IMG/VR virus record: IMGVR_UViG_3300009177_000028
Coordinates: 124,001-188,000 of that record
Reading direction: 5' to 3' (one strand)
Length of the DNA stretch: 64,000 bases
Part shown: piece after piece, positions 20,096-29,867 of the stretch
Position numbering within the stretch: the first letter of the stretch is position 1
Layout: each line of letters starts with the position of its first letter
Notes under the pieces: model-generated
Seen by the model: only the letters and a program-made list of their open reading frames with translations
Database searches by the model: none
What the model was told of the DNA's origin: nothing
Translations under genes and position numbers: made by a program

Positions 20096-20622
20096 AGGAA
20101 AGCGCCCATCTTTTTAATGGCTTGCATCCATCTAATAATGTCTACCACAGTATCTACTGGAACATTTTGGGCAGAGCTAGAAATGCCGTTATCAAACCAT
20201 TGAAGCCACTTTCTACCAAAGAATCTATTATCTTTAGACCAATCCATTCGGAAATCCATGTTGCAAGGATTACCTGATGGAGTTTTGTATTTCTTCTCCC
20301 AGACCTCAATGTCCATGGTAAGGTCTACGCCTTTCCCAAATTTATCTGGATAGCCATGGTATCTTTCAATCTTAATTAGGAAGTCACCCACCTTTATATT
20401 CATGCACTTATATAATGCCTCTTGGATGCTGTCTTTCCTGCATTTGGTTACATCCACTACCCCATGATGGTTATGTATTCTAATCTTTTCTTTGGCAGGT
20501 GGGTCAGCCCAGATCCAGGCTTCATCCGGTGGGTTTAAAGGCTCATCCTCATCCGAGTCGTATTGCTGATCGGTTAACTCCTCTAAAAGTTTGAGGTATT
20601 CTTCTTTAGAAATGGAAGTCAT
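20092..20622 (-). CDS. Hypothetical protein, paralog of 24685..25119
   Basis: Shared I.VG(D/M)(F/Y).I, D.RF....W and DII.(W/Y); ends IKKMGAFL. Confidence 0.7.
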   Translation of the reverse strand: MTSISKEEYLKLLEELTDQQYDSDEDEPLNPPDEAWIWADPPAKEKIRIHNHHGVVDVTKCRKDSIQEALYKCMNIKVGDFLIKIERYHGYPDKFGKGVDLTMDIEVWEKKYKTPSGNPCNMDFRMDWSKDNRFFGRKWLQWFDNGISSSAQNVPVDTVVDIIRWMQAIKKMGAFL

Positions 20623-20670
20623 GGCTTATTATTAAATATAACCGGTTATTAATAAATTTGTATTTAATAC

Positions 20671-21327
20671 ATGGACGCTAACAAGTTACTTAAAAGGGCC
20701 ATTTACTTTCATTCATTGGCCACTTCTAGCGAAGAGATGCCAGACAATTCTAAGGACTTGAAAACTATTCTCAAGAATATAGAAGGTCTGGAAAACTACA
20801 ACTCTCGCAAGGAATATGCAGAAAAGAACCTAAAGCATTTGTCTTCAAGCTCTTCTCGTATCGTCTATTCTACCAGTAAAGATACTATTATTAAGTTAGC
20901 TAAGAATGATAAAGGTATTGCTCAGAATAAAGCTGAGTGCAACCCTAAGATGAAGTCTAAGTTTTTGAACGAAGTAATCGGTCATGCCACCAATTATTCT
21001 TGGATGGAGACCCATTATTTGGATAAGATCACGGCCAAGGAATTTAATGAGATGACTGGGCTTGATTTTGATGATTTTGGAGAAAGTATCCGTTATGGTT
21101 TAAAAAATGTTTCCGGCAACACTGACAAAGAAAAGCCAGCTAACTTCGACAAAGTGTCGGAATCGGAAATATATAAGGAGATGTTTAGGATCGGTAAAGA
21201 GTTCAAGCTAATGCCAGGTGACTTAGCAAGAATCTCTTCTTGGGGGACTAAAGATGGCCGCCCAGTTCTTATCGATGCTGGTCTTACCAAAGACGTATTC
21301 TCCGAGTATTATGAATCTTCCTCATGA
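20671..21327 (+). CDS. Protein-kinase-like fold protein
   Basis: SSRIVY...IIKLAKNDKGIAQNKAE (beta3 Lys, alphaC Glu); DLARISSWG catalytic-loop-like; VLIDAG DFG-like. Confidence 0.6.
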   Translation: MDANKLLKRAIYFHSLATSSEEMPDNSKDLKTILKNIEGLENYNSRKEYAEKNLKHLSSSSSRIVYSTSKDTIIKLAKNDKGIAQNKAECNPKMKSKFLNEVIGHATNYSWMETHYLDKITAKEFNEMTGLDFDDFGESIRYGLKNVSGNTDKEKPANFDKVSESEIYKEMFRIGKEFKLMPGDLARISSWGTKDGRPVLIDAGLTKDVFSEYYESSS

Positions 21328-21923
21328 TTAAATTTTCTTCTTTCAAAGAAGCCATTAACTACCAGCCCGTATGTCCGTTATGTCGTAGCCAACTACACAT
21401 TAACGATAGAGATTTGGCCGCTGACTATGGCTTCGAATACCGTGGCGATAAACGTGAGAGAATCTCTTTCTTCGTTAACCGACGAGAAGATGATACTCTA
21501 ACTATTGATCCGGAAACTGATGAAGTTGAACTACTTTATGCTAACAGAATGCCACCCAGTATTCCTAATTACAACAGTCCAACACATTACACTAACCCTC
21601 CAAAAGCATACAATGGAAGATTTCTTCACGCTCTAACTATTGATTGTAAGAGCTGCTGTCAATATGGTTTTACTCTACAACTTCATTTTGATTTGACAGA
21701 ACAAAAGTTAGCTTCTGCCTTTCTAAATTCTGAAACCGTAAATATTACGGAATGTGAAATGGTACATGAAATCAAGAATATTTATGCTACCGAAAAGACT
21801 CACTATACTTATTTCCCAAGGGACGGTAGCTGCAAGCAAACCACTCTCCCTTTGATTGCTTTAGACTTATCTAATCCATTAGAGACGGTGGCGCGCATTC
21901 GTAAGCTATTAATTTTTTCATGA
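21324..21923 (+). CDS. Zn-ribbon/FS-tag family member 3
   Basis: CPLC; CKSCC; ends ARIRKLLIFS. Confidence 0.8.
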   Translation: MIKFSSFKEAINYQPVCPLCRSQLHINDRDLAADYGFEYRGDKRERISFFVNRREDDTLTIDPETDEVELLYANRMPPSIPNYNSPTHYTNPPKAYNGRFLHALTIDCKSCCQYGFTLQLHFDLTEQKLASAFLNSETVNITECEMVHEIKNIYATEKTHYTYFPRDGSCKQTTLPLIALDLSNPLETVARIRKLLIFS

Positions 21924-22627
21924 GCCTTTCTGAGTTTTTAACATTTAGTCAGCAGTGTCCCATTTGCGGCGAGTCCCTAAACTTGTACATGCAATGGATT
22001 AATTTTACTTGTTTTAAGGCTACTTTACTGGAACCAAATCTTTATCAATTTGATCCCTTCCTCCGAAATAATATGGTTTTACAACAGGTGGAGGACGATG
22101 ATTATATGCTTTTGAAGAACAATGGGGACACCATAGAAACCCAAATGTCCTCCAGCAAGATTCTCCAAGAGGCCAAGAAATACCACATATACTTCTTTTA
22201 TCTTTGCAATCCATTAGGGTTCCAAAAGAAGAAATATGGAGACTATCAAATTAACCTATATAAAGGATGTTACTATCGAGATAGCGCCATTATGGAATTT
22301 CAAAGGAATGAAGACCAAGATAATAAATCTTGGAAATTAACATACCTAGATAAAGATCATAAACATTTATCTAATAAATGTGAATCATTCAGTTTTAAAC
22401 GTACTCTTAATAATATAGAAAGGGTTTATATGCTAGACCTAAACTATGATCAAAAGGTTACTACCATATGGCACTATTCTGTTACGGAAGAAGAAAAGAA
22501 GATTGAGTCATTCGAGCCCAAGATATTTGAAAAGAAGATGCCTCTACTTAAAAATAGACCTAGATTAGGATTAGAAGATAGGGACAAACTAATAGATAGA
22601 TTTGATTCCTGGATTATTATGTCATGA
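21920..22627 (+). CDS. Zn-ribbon/FS-tag family member 4
   Basis: CPIC; ends [11 protein letters not shown]. Confidence 0.75.
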   Translation: MSLSEFLTFSQQCPICGESLNLYMQWINFTCFKATLLEPNLYQFDPFLRNNMVLQQVEDDDYMLLKNNGDTIETQMSSSKILQEAKKYHIYFFYLCNPLGFQKKKYGDYQINLYKGCYYRDSAIMEFQRNEDQDNKSWKLTYLDKDHKHLSNKCESFSFKRTLNNIERVYMLDLNYDQKVTTIWHYSVTEEEKKIESFEPKIFEKKMPLLKNRPRLGLEDRDKLIDRFDSWIIMS

Positions 22628-23019
22628 GTAAAATTGTACTTTGTCCCGATCACTATTATAATTGTCCCATTTGTGGGAAGCCCTGCGATGTGGTAGAGCA
22701 GGAAGGGTTTAATTTACAAATTAGGTTGCAAGGCTCATGCCAGGTATTTTATTGCTACAACCCACTTGTCACAGACCCTTTGCATTATTATAGTCACATA
22801 GTGGAGAAAACCAATCCTAACAAGCTAGCCTTCCATGAGTTCTCCTTAAACCTAGGGAATAAAAGCGTATTATTCTCCAACAACTTTCTGATTCAGAAGA
22901 GCTTAATTAAGAATAACAAAGACTCTAAGCCTCTCGAATTGGGTTTTGTTATCATGCCAGATTTTCCAAACCTTGATTCTCTGAAGAAAAAAGTTAGAAC
23001 TGCCATTACATTTTCATGA
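22624..23019 (+). CDS. Zn-ribbon/FS-tag family member 5
   Basis: CPIC; ends [10 protein letters not shown]. Confidence 0.8.
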   Translation: MSKIVLCPDHYYNCPICGKPCDVVEQEGFNLQIRLQGSCQVFYCYNPLVTDPLHYYSHIVEKTNPNKLAFHEFSLNLGNKSVLFSNNFLIQKSLIKNNKDSKPLELGFVIMPDFPNLDSLKKKVRTAITFS

Positions 23020-24113
23020 AAACGATACTTCAACTGGTTGAATCCTGTCAGGATAAAGTAAAAATCCTGGAAGAGATGATTCCTGTCAAAAAACATCAGA
23101 ATAGACTGGCCGAGCTTGACGAACGAGTCTCGATGGACGGAGATCTATGGAATGATCCAAGAGCCGCTGCCGCCCTTATGAAAGAAAGGCAAAAGCTATC
23201 AGACCTTCTAGAGACTATGAAGTACTTCCATGATCAGTCTGAATTCTACTCTGAATGCTGGAAGGTCATGCCTAATGAAATGGATGAAATGGTCCCGGCC
23301 ATGTCCCTGTTAGAAGCGACCATGGATAGCTTTGAGTTTAAACAGATGCTCAAAGACCCAGTAGATGACAGTGCCGCCATTGTATCTATCAACGCAGGCG
23401 CAGGCGGCCTTGAGGCAGCCAATTGGGTAACCATGCTACTCCGCATGTACTCCCGTTATGCAGATTCTTATAAATTCAAGGTGGAGCTTCTAGATATGAA
23501 GCCTTCCGAAGAACATAGCGCCATCTGTACAGACTCAGTTTCCATTAGGGTAGAAGGCCCATATGCCTACGGGTTTCTAAAGGGTGAGGCTGGCGTTCAT
23601 AGGTTGATTCGTAACTCTCCATTCAATGCTGGGGATGCCCGCCATACTTCCTTTGCGGCAGTAGCCGTCACGCCCGACATTGAAGACACTATTGATATCG
23701 TCATTAATGAAAAAGATATAGAAATCACCACCATGAGAGCCTCTGGAGCTGGTGGACAGAATGTCAACAAGGTTGAAAGCGCAGTCCGTTTGAAGCACTT
23801 ACCAACCGGCATAGTTATCAACTCTCGTTCTGAGCGAGACCAGCATACCAATCGTCGTTTAGCCATGAAGATGTTAAAGGCTAAGCTATATGATTTAGAG
23901 ATGCGCAAGAAGATGTCCGAGAAGGAAAAATATCTGATGAGCATGTCGGATAACGCTTTCGGAAACCAAATGCGTACCTATACTTTGACCCCCTATCAGC
24001 TTGTCAAGGACGAAAGAACCGACCATCAAGTAAGGGACGCCGACAGCGTCCTAGATGGTGATATCCAAGGGTTCCTTATCTCTTATTTGCGTTTTAGAGA
24101 TAAACTATTATAA
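23016..24113 (+). CDS. prfB: Peptide chain release factor 2, no programmed frameshift
   Basis: GAGGLEA..W..ML.RMY; SPF specificity tripeptide (IRNSPF); [15 protein letters not shown]; continuous ORF. Confidence 0.95.
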   Translation: MKTILQLVESCQDKVKILEEMIPVKKHQNRLAELDERVSMDGDLWNDPRAAAALMKERQKLSDLLETMKYFHDQSEFYSECWKVMPNEMDEMVPAMSLLEATMDSFEFKQMLKDPVDDSAAIVSINAGAGGLEAANWVTMLLRMYSRYADSYKFKVELLDMKPSEEHSAICTDSVSIRVEGPYAYGFLKGEAGVHRLIRNSPFNAGDARHTSFAAVAVTPDIEDTIDIVINEKDIEITTMRASGAGGQNVNKVESAVRLKHLPTGIVINSRSERDQHTNRRLAMKMLKAKLYDLEMRKKMSEKEKYLMSMSDNAFGNQMRTYTLTPYQLVKDERTDHQVRDADSVLDGDIQGFLISYLRFRDKLL

Positions 24114-24114
24114 T

Positions 24115-24690
24115 ATGAAGAAGTTTACTGTCAAGGATTTTATCGCTTACAACAACCCTTGCTTTAGCTGCGGCGAAAGAATATCTTTTAAAATTGGAAT
24201 CATTGAAAACACAATAGATGGCATGGCCCATTTAAGGCCCACAGTCGCTCCCGAACATACTGTGGTTGATTTAAAGATTACCTATAATAGTAGTTTACAG
24301 TTATGGATATTCCATAAGTCTAATAAGATTATCTCATCCAATAATAAAGAATTAACCACCTTCTTATCTAAGAACAATATATTTCTACATAGCAGATGTG
24401 ATAAATGCTATACCAACGTTCAGAGTCAATTCTTAGAGTTTAACCTAGATAAGGGGTTCATTAAACCCGTAGGTATTAGCGAAGAAATGATTATCATTAC
24501 GGATGACAATAATATGTACCACGTGAACTCTTCATTCATAGAAGAGCGAACTAGTGTGGTGGTCGACCGCTTGGATAAAGCAACGCCAGTCTCCCCGATT
24601 AAATTTGAATTACCTCTCTTGCCCATGTATAAGTTCAAGGACAAAGAGCATTTTCTTAATAAGATGAAGACTTATGTTCTGTTCTCATAA
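24115..24690 (+). CDS. Zn-ribbon/FS-tag family member 6
   Basis: CFSC; CDKC; ends NKMKTYVLFS. Confidence 0.8.
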   Translation: MKKFTVKDFIAYNNPCFSCGERISFKIGIIENTIDGMAHLRPTVAPEHTVVDLKITYNSSLQLWIFHKSNKIISSNNKELTTFLSKNNIFLHSRCDKCYTNVQSQFLEFNLDKGFIKPVGISEEMIIITDDNNMYHVNSSFIEERTSVVVDRLDKATPVSPIKFELPLLPMYKFKDKEHFLNKMKTYVLFS

Positions 24691-25119
24691 GAACATTTTC
24701 AAGTTATTCAATCTCTTAACATACATAATAATATCAATTAGATTCTTAATTCTTAGATTATAGTCTTTGTTTAGTTCAGTCCAGTATTGATTCTTAAACC
24801 TCTTGTCATTACAGAGGTTGATATTGTAAATGGAACTGCCTGAACGGGAGCGCTCATAAATAGCTACACGGAAGCGGCCGTATTCTTTAAGACGCTCTCT
24901 GTCTTTAGATGAATCAAGCGAGGAAAACAGCAAGCGAATTTGATACATACCAACCATGATGTCGTTCTCGACTAAGGTGTATGTAGTGGAATCTGGTAAT
25001 TGAACTAACTCTCGGACTTCGGCCTTGCGGAGGGCTTCCTTGATTTTGTTCTTGGAAATCTTCTCTTTACTAAAGTCTAGAATGGTTCTGAATTCTTGCT
25101 TGCCTTTAATTAAACTCAT
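24685..25119 (-). CDS. Hypothetical protein, paralog of 20092..20622
   Basis: Ends RLNNLKMFL; convergent overlap with member 6. Confidence 0.7.
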   Translation of the reverse strand: MSLIKGKQEFRTILDFSKEKISKNKIKEALRKAEVRELVQLPDSTTYTLVENDIMVGMYQIRLLFSSLDSSKDRERLKEYGRFRVAIYERSRSGSSIYNINLCNDKRFKNQYWTELNKDYNLRIKNLIDIIMYVKRLNNLKMFL

Positions 25120-25412
25120 CTCTTTAATTCGTATCCTCCGAGGAGATGCTCGTTGTCATCTATGACCTTAATGACATCCTCGGTTAGCTCATCATCACGA
25201 TAGTAGCCATAGATGGCCCCACCTAAACCTAATGCAGCTTTATGTACTTTTTCACCATACAAAAAGTACATCCCGATACCAAGTTTATCACAATCAAGTA
25301 TCTCAAAATGGTACCCGATGTCTGACTTAAAAACACGAAGAGTGAAGCGCGTATCGATAGATTTATTTAGAACAATTTCAGTTTTCATGTAGAGGTATAT
25401 ATCATGGATCAC
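25116..25412 (-). CDS. Hypothetical protein (start probably ~25388)
   Basis: 4-nt overlap with the downstream minus-strand gene. Confidence 0.6.
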   Translation of the reverse strand: MIHDIYLYMKTEIVLNKSIDTRFTLRVFKSDIGYHFEILDCDKLGIGMYFLYGEKVHKAALGLGGAIYGYYRDDELTEDVIKVIDDNEHLLGGYELKR

Positions 25413-25733
25413 TTGTGCCCCATTTGCCAGCGAAAGCTAACTGCGGAAGATGAAAGGAATGAAATTACCGATTATCATTGCTTTCCTCCGCCCAACGATC
25501 ATCACTTTAGTAAGCGTATAAAGAACGATCAAGTTCAGAAGATTAAAATTCGTCTTAGCCCAGACGGCAATAAGCTATACCTCAAGATTAACTTCGATGA
25601 GGGTTACTCTCAAGTCTGGACTAGGCCCGATGATGAGTCATCTAGGATTAAGATCAATCATGTCTTTGAGCCCGACCTTAGTGACCTAAACGCCCTTCAA
25701 CAGAAGCTCCGTACCTACCTAATCTTCTCATGA
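25404..25733 (+). CDS. Zn-ribbon/FS-tag family member 7
   Basis: CPIC; ends QKLRTYLIFS. Confidence 0.8.
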   Translation: MDHLCPICQRKLTAEDERNEITDYHCFPPPNDHHFSKRIKNDQVQKIKIRLSPDGNKLYLKINFDEGYSQVWTRPDDESSRIKINHVFEPDLSDLNALQQKLRTYLIFS

Positions 25734-26086
25734 AAGCACCGACCCATTGTCCCAAATGTGGGGACGCTTTAGTTAATGATTTCTATGAACGGAAATCGCG
25801 CAATATCATAATCAAACGTTGTAAAACTCGCCCTGATCATCAATTCCAATGCGTAGTAGGTGAGAATGATACTGACATGCACAGTGCCACCGTTGCCGTT
25901 TCTGTCAATCCTTTGATTAGAGTGGCTTGGCGATTTGACGAGAAGACCTTAGCAGTAGCTAAGGGAACTATAGAAGAAATGATAAAGAGAGGGGATGATG
26001 AAGAATTTTTACCCTTCTTTATGCCAAACTTTAAAGATTATAATAAGCTAATTAAGAAACTCAGAACATATATTACTTTCTCATGA
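25730..26086 (+). CDS. Zn-ribbon/FS-tag family member 8
   Basis: CPKC; ends KKLRTYITFS. Confidence 0.8.
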   Translation: MKAPTHCPKCGDALVNDFYERKSRNIIIKRCKTRPDHQFQCVVGENDTDMHSATVAVSVNPLIRVAWRFDEKTLAVAKGTIEEMIKRGDDEEFLPFFMPNFKDYNKLIKKLRTYITFS

Positions 26087-26499
26087 CCCCTATGTTTATC
26101 TCCATGGCTTGCGGCTTCTGTCGTAAGCCTCTCGAATTTCAAGAGAGGCACTCTGGAGATACTCATTTTGATCTCTATATCTGTCGAGACTGTCAGGCCC
26201 CGAAACATCAAACCCTTTACCGACAACTATATAATAAACAAGGGTTTGTTTTATTATGTGATTATGTTAGAATTGATGAATGGTTTATTACAAGATACTA
26301 TCGCCCTACCTCTAAAGGATCCAAAAGTAACTATTCCATTATTTTTAAAGAAGCGATAGGCATCATAGATGGGTCCGTAGACATGGAGCCCATCTCTCTT
26401 AATAAGCCGGTTTGTGAGGTGGACTGTATTTTAGATTTGCCGCTTAATGATATCGAATTACTGAAGCATAAACTAAGCATTTGGACTACTTTTTCCTAA
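26083..26499 (+). CDS. Zn-ribbon/FS-tag family member 9
   Basis: CGFC; CRDC; ends HKLSIWTTFS. Confidence 0.8.
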   Translation: MTPMFISMACGFCRKPLEFQERHSGDTHFDLYICRDCQAPKHQTLYRQLYNKQGFVLLCDYVRIDEWFITRYYRPTSKGSKSNYSIIFKEAIGIIDGSVDMEPISLNKPVCEVDCILDLPLNDIELLKHKLSIWTTFS

Positions 26500-26515
26500 A
26501 TTAATTAGTGAGCGT

Positions 26516-26887
26516 TTGCGCAGGGTTATATACGAGTATATGGACGATACTCTGCACTGCCCTATTTGCGGCAATAAAATGCGCACGGTGAACATAAAGC
26601 AACTATATGAAAGAACAGGGAATTGGGCGGAACGCACCTGCAATGGAATGAATCATTCTCTGCAAGTGGTTGCCACTCCAAAAGGGAAGGTTGATTTACT
26701 TAAACTGTCACTCAATCCTAAATACTCAAAATTTTTAGAAATTGATTTTGTCAATCAAAAATGTCGCATTATCTGTATGAAAGATAGTAAGCCAGATTAT
26801 ATTGACATAGCTAAGATGATTGAGCCAGACTTTCCGGATCTGGTTAAGCTAAAGGAAAGAGTGCTGCTATATGTTACCTTCTCATGA
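26516..26887 (+). CDS. Zn-ribbon/FS-tag family member 10
   Basis: CPIC; ends ERVLLYVTFS. Confidence 0.8.
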   Translation: MRRVIYEYMDDTLHCPICGNKMRTVNIKQLYERTGNWAERTCNGMNHSLQVVATPKGKVDLLKLSLNPKYSKFLEIDFVNQKCRIICMKDSKPDYIDIAKMIEPDFPDLVKLKERVLLYVTFS

Positions 26888-27219
26888 AAACACCATGTCC
26901 ATTTTGTCGTTCTGAACTTGAAGAGTTTAAAGATAAATTCATTACCACCCATGCCTGTTATGATTCTGCCTGCATCAACGATGATATGCCAAGGTATAAG
27001 GAAATCTACGAAAACACTTCCGAGTCGTTAATAGAACGATACTTCATGATGGGCGGATACTATATCCAAGTAAGCTATAAGAACAATTGGACAGTTATTT
27101 CTAGATTAGAAGCATGTCTCCTTTTTGATTCAGTCCAAATACCTACCGCCCTTAAAGTAGATTTAACCAATCCATTAGATATTCTCAATAAAGTTAAACT
27201 TTTTATGATATTTTCATGA
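26884..27219 (+). CDS. Zn-ribbon/FS-tag family member 11
   Basis: CPFC; ends NKVKLFMIFS. Confidence 0.8.
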   Translation: MKTPCPFCRSELEEFKDKFITTHACYDSACINDDMPRYKEIYENTSESLIERYFMMGGYYIQVSYKNNWTVISRLEACLLFDSVQIPTALKVDLTNPLDILNKVKLFMIFS

Positions 27220-27581
27220 ATGATTATATATTTTGTCCATTTTGCGGAGGCGTTGAATGGATAACCGATAAATCGGGTTATGCGGGAAATGGACGATTAG
27301 AGTCTCATAAGTGTAAAGACTGTAAGAAATTTACTTATGTTAATCATTTTGAAAAAACTACTTCGCCAGGTGGACTAGAGCATTTTAGAAAAAGTAGATT
27401 CTCGATTGATGCTAGAATTGATCCTTATCAAGTAACAGTCTTTTATCATAAAGACTCAACCCAATTTAGGGACATTCACTCTGGATACGTTATTTTAGTA
27501 TTAAAGCAAGCAGTTACATTTAATTGGTATAAAAACGAAGAGCTAGTAGATAAAATTAAGAAGTATGTGGTGTTCTCGTGA
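27216..27581 (+). CDS. Zn-ribbon/FS-tag family member 12
   Basis: CPFC; CKDC; ends DKIKKYVVFS. Confidence 0.8.
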   Translation: MNDYIFCPFCGGVEWITDKSGYAGNGRLESHKCKDCKKFTYVNHFEKTTSPGGLEHFRKSRFSIDARIDPYQVTVFYHKDSTQFRDIHSGYVILVLKQAVTFNWYKNEELVDKIKKYVVFS

Positions 27582-27964
27582 TTTGGCAATATAAAGACTG
27601 TCCACTTTGTGGCTGCGAAATGAAGGTAGTACAAGGGGATCCCAACGAGCCTTTGTATCTAATGAGGTGTCCCACCCAACTAGAGCTGCCCCAAAAGACC
27701 TACTTCACCCTATCAGAAGGTGGACTTATCTTAAACGAAATCATGACTCATTTCGAACTAGAGTTTCAGAATCATAAACCAATCTATCAAGTAGTTAGAA
27801 TCTATCCATTTGCTATTAAATCTTATGATGATGTCTCTAATATTTACAGATATGATGCTAGGATGAATTCTAGATTCATTGCCGAGACTCCATATATAAA
27901 TCTCCCTTGGAACGATAAAGAAAAGATAATCAAGAAACTCTCAACCTATACAGTATTCTCATGA
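27578..27964 (+). CDS. Zn-ribbon/FS-tag family member 13
   Basis: GTG start in a GTGA overlap; CPLC; ends KKLSTYTVFS. Confidence 0.8.
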   Translation: MIWQYKDCPLCGCEMKVVQGDPNEPLYLMRCPTQLELPQKTYFTLSEGGLILNEIMTHFELEFQNHKPIYQVVRIYPFAIKSYDDVSNIYRYDARMNSRFIAETPYINLPWNDKEKIIKKLSTYTVFS

Positions 27965-28362
27965 CGCTACCCTGCCCCGTTTGCCACGAAATTATGCAAA
28001 CAACCGAAACCACTAATCTTATCATGTGCCCAAGGCGCAAGATCCATGTCCCATCTCTTAAACAAGACATAGAGACGGTTCATGCCATCTACCATTTGAA
28101 TTCAGAGAATAAGCCCATCCTAAAGGTCATCGAAGTTCTTCCATATACTTTTGAGATTCATGATAATCCTAAGGGCCTTAAACAAACCAGAATAATTAAA
28201 ACCATTAAATGGAATGACCGTAAATCATCTAGAACTACTAGGCTCAGGACAACCTCTCTGGAACGAGAGAACCTAATTACCGTTCCAGGAACAGTTAATT
28301 GCCAATGGGATGACCCCAAGCAAGTCCAAGAACGTGTCAACATGTATATGTTATTCTCATGA
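27961..28362 (+). CDS. Zn-ribbon/FS-tag family member 14
   Basis: CPVC; ends ERVNMYMLFS. Confidence 0.8.
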   Translation: MTLPCPVCHEIMQTTETTNLIMCPRRKIHVPSLKQDIETVHAIYHLNSENKPILKVIEVLPYTFEIHDNPKGLKQTRIIKTIKWNDRKSSRTTRLRTTSLERENLITVPGTVNCQWDDPKQVQERVNMYMLFS

Positions 28363-28730
28363 TATTCTCTACCGATCGTTGTCCATTATGCAACCAGAAA
28401 CTCAAATTAGAAATAATTGACGGTTCCTCGGGTAAGGTCGCCTTTCTCTACTACTGCGAGAAAAGAGAAATAACTCGTAATGAAAGCAATACAAGTTCCG
28501 TTGCAGTCCGACACTACGAGAATAGATCTTATCAAGGCGGAGAATTATCCTTTATGATTATTCCGCCTTTTGAATTGATGCATTCTCAAGCTAAGAAGTT
28601 AACTTCTGTTCGTGCGGCAAGTCCGTATCAACCCAAGAAAATTATTTTTGAAGTGCCCCTGCTTGACTTAGACTATTCCAAGACACACCTTGTAATCGAT
28701 AAAATCAAATTACTTACCCTATTCTCATGA
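28359..28730 (+). CDS. Zn-ribbon/FS-tag family member 15
   Basis: CPLC; ends DKIKLLTLFS. Confidence 0.8.
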   Translation: MIFSTDRCPLCNQKLKLEIIDGSSGKVAFLYYCEKREITRNESNTSSVAVRHYENRSYQGGELSFMIIPPFELMHSQAKKLTSVRAASPYQPKKIIFEVPLLDLDYSKTHLVIDKIKLLTLFS

Positions 28731-29074
28731 ATAATTTTGCCATCGATTTCTGCCCCCTGTGTGACAAACCCCTACGGTTACGCCGTGTCTCCAAGGTCAA
28801 TATCTATGATTGCCCCACCACTTACGAAGCCGTAACTGCCAATGGCATTAAGCAAAGAAGCCATTATGAGGTAGAGTGTGATGATGGCCAATGCATTCAA
28901 CACGTCTATGTCTTACCCTGGAGTATTGATACTTTCGACAAGTATAATAAGTCCCGAGTTCATAAACTACACAATGGGCACCGCTGGAAGTTTGTAGTAG
29001 AATTACCGCCCATTCATCCAGACAAAGAAGATAAGCTTAAAGAGAGAATTAATCTACTGGTGGCGTATCTATGA
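28727..29074 (+). CDS. Zn-ribbon/FS-tag family member 16
   Basis: CPLC; ends ERINLLVAYL. Confidence 0.8.
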   Translation: MNNFAIDFCPLCDKPLRLRRVSKVNIYDCPTTYEAVTANGIKQRSHYEVECDDGQCIQHVYVLPWSIDTFDKYNKSRVHKLHNGHRWKFVVELPPIHPDKEDKLKERINLLVAYL

Positions 29075-29475
29075 CTGAAGAACAAGAGTTTCAAAACTAC
29101 CACCTACCAAAACCATGTAAGTTTTGTTCTCAGCCGGCCGGCTATGCACCCATTGATGCGCAGTCCGAAACTAATCGTCTCTGCGTTTATTTCTGCCATA
29201 CTTGTAATGCTGAGTATGTCTATTTTAGAGATAATAAGATTATCAGTGAATCACTCTATACCGGCATTAATAATAGAGTTTATCGATATACCATTGCTTA
29301 TGGCGATATTGGGCAAATTTGGTATGTGGAAAAGCCTGGTATCCCTGGTGCAGTCGTCAACAAGGGGATGAAGTTGCTGAAGAGTTTCAACCCCGGCAAA
29401 AACTGTGATACGACTCCTATCCTAACTCCCCAAAATGTAAATGAGAAGCTAAGAACATGGCTGGTCTTTCTTTGA
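29071..29475 (+). CDS. Zn-ribbon/FS-tag family member 17
   Basis: CKFC; CHTC; ends EKLRTWLVFL. Confidence 0.8.
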   Translation: MTEEQEFQNYHLPKPCKFCSQPAGYAPIDAQSETNRLCVYFCHTCNAEYVYFRDNKIISESLYTGINNRVYRYTIAYGDIGQIWYVEKPGIPGAVVNKGMKLLKSFNPGKNCDTTPILTPQNVNEKLRTWLVFL

Positions 29476-29867
29476 GATGTCATCTTTGTAACGCCGAGCT
29501 TCGCCCCAACAATTATGCTGATTGGGAAATTAGGAATAGAAAGCAAATTACCTACGCCTGTCCTCCAAGCCATCCTCCCCATGCCGCGATTGAAATGATC
29601 CATCCAGATCTTGAGATCAATTACTATAGCTTCCTCTTCCAAATTAAAGACCAACACTATAAACTGTGTTCCCGTGGCTACTCTATTATTAGAGAAGCAG
29701 ATTTCCCCATTACAGTACTTTATAAAGTAACCGTTGCAAAACAGGGACATACAGAGCACCAGATTCTTAGGATTCCTAGATTTTATCCTCTTGAATTGGC
29801 GCAGAGTTTCAATATTCACTGCCAAACAGTTTATCAAAAAATCAAACCACTAATAGTATTCTCATGA
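29472..29867 (+). CDS. Zn-ribbon/FS-tag family member 18
   Basis: TTG start in a TTGA overlap; CHLC; ends QKIKPLIVFS. Confidence 0.75.
   Translation: MRCHLCNAELRPNNYADWEIRNRKQITYACPPSHPPHAAIEMIHPDLEINYYSFLFQIKDQHYKLCSRGYSIIREADFPITVLYKVTVAKQGHTEHQILRIPRFYPLELAQSFNIHCQTVYQKIKPLIVFS

Noticed and set aside
23016-24113. TAG reassignment (genetic code 15) suggested by phage RF2
   Set aside because: Long genes are intact under code 11, operons pack without TAG-broken gaps, and TAG ends plausible genes (30629, 46363, 55120).
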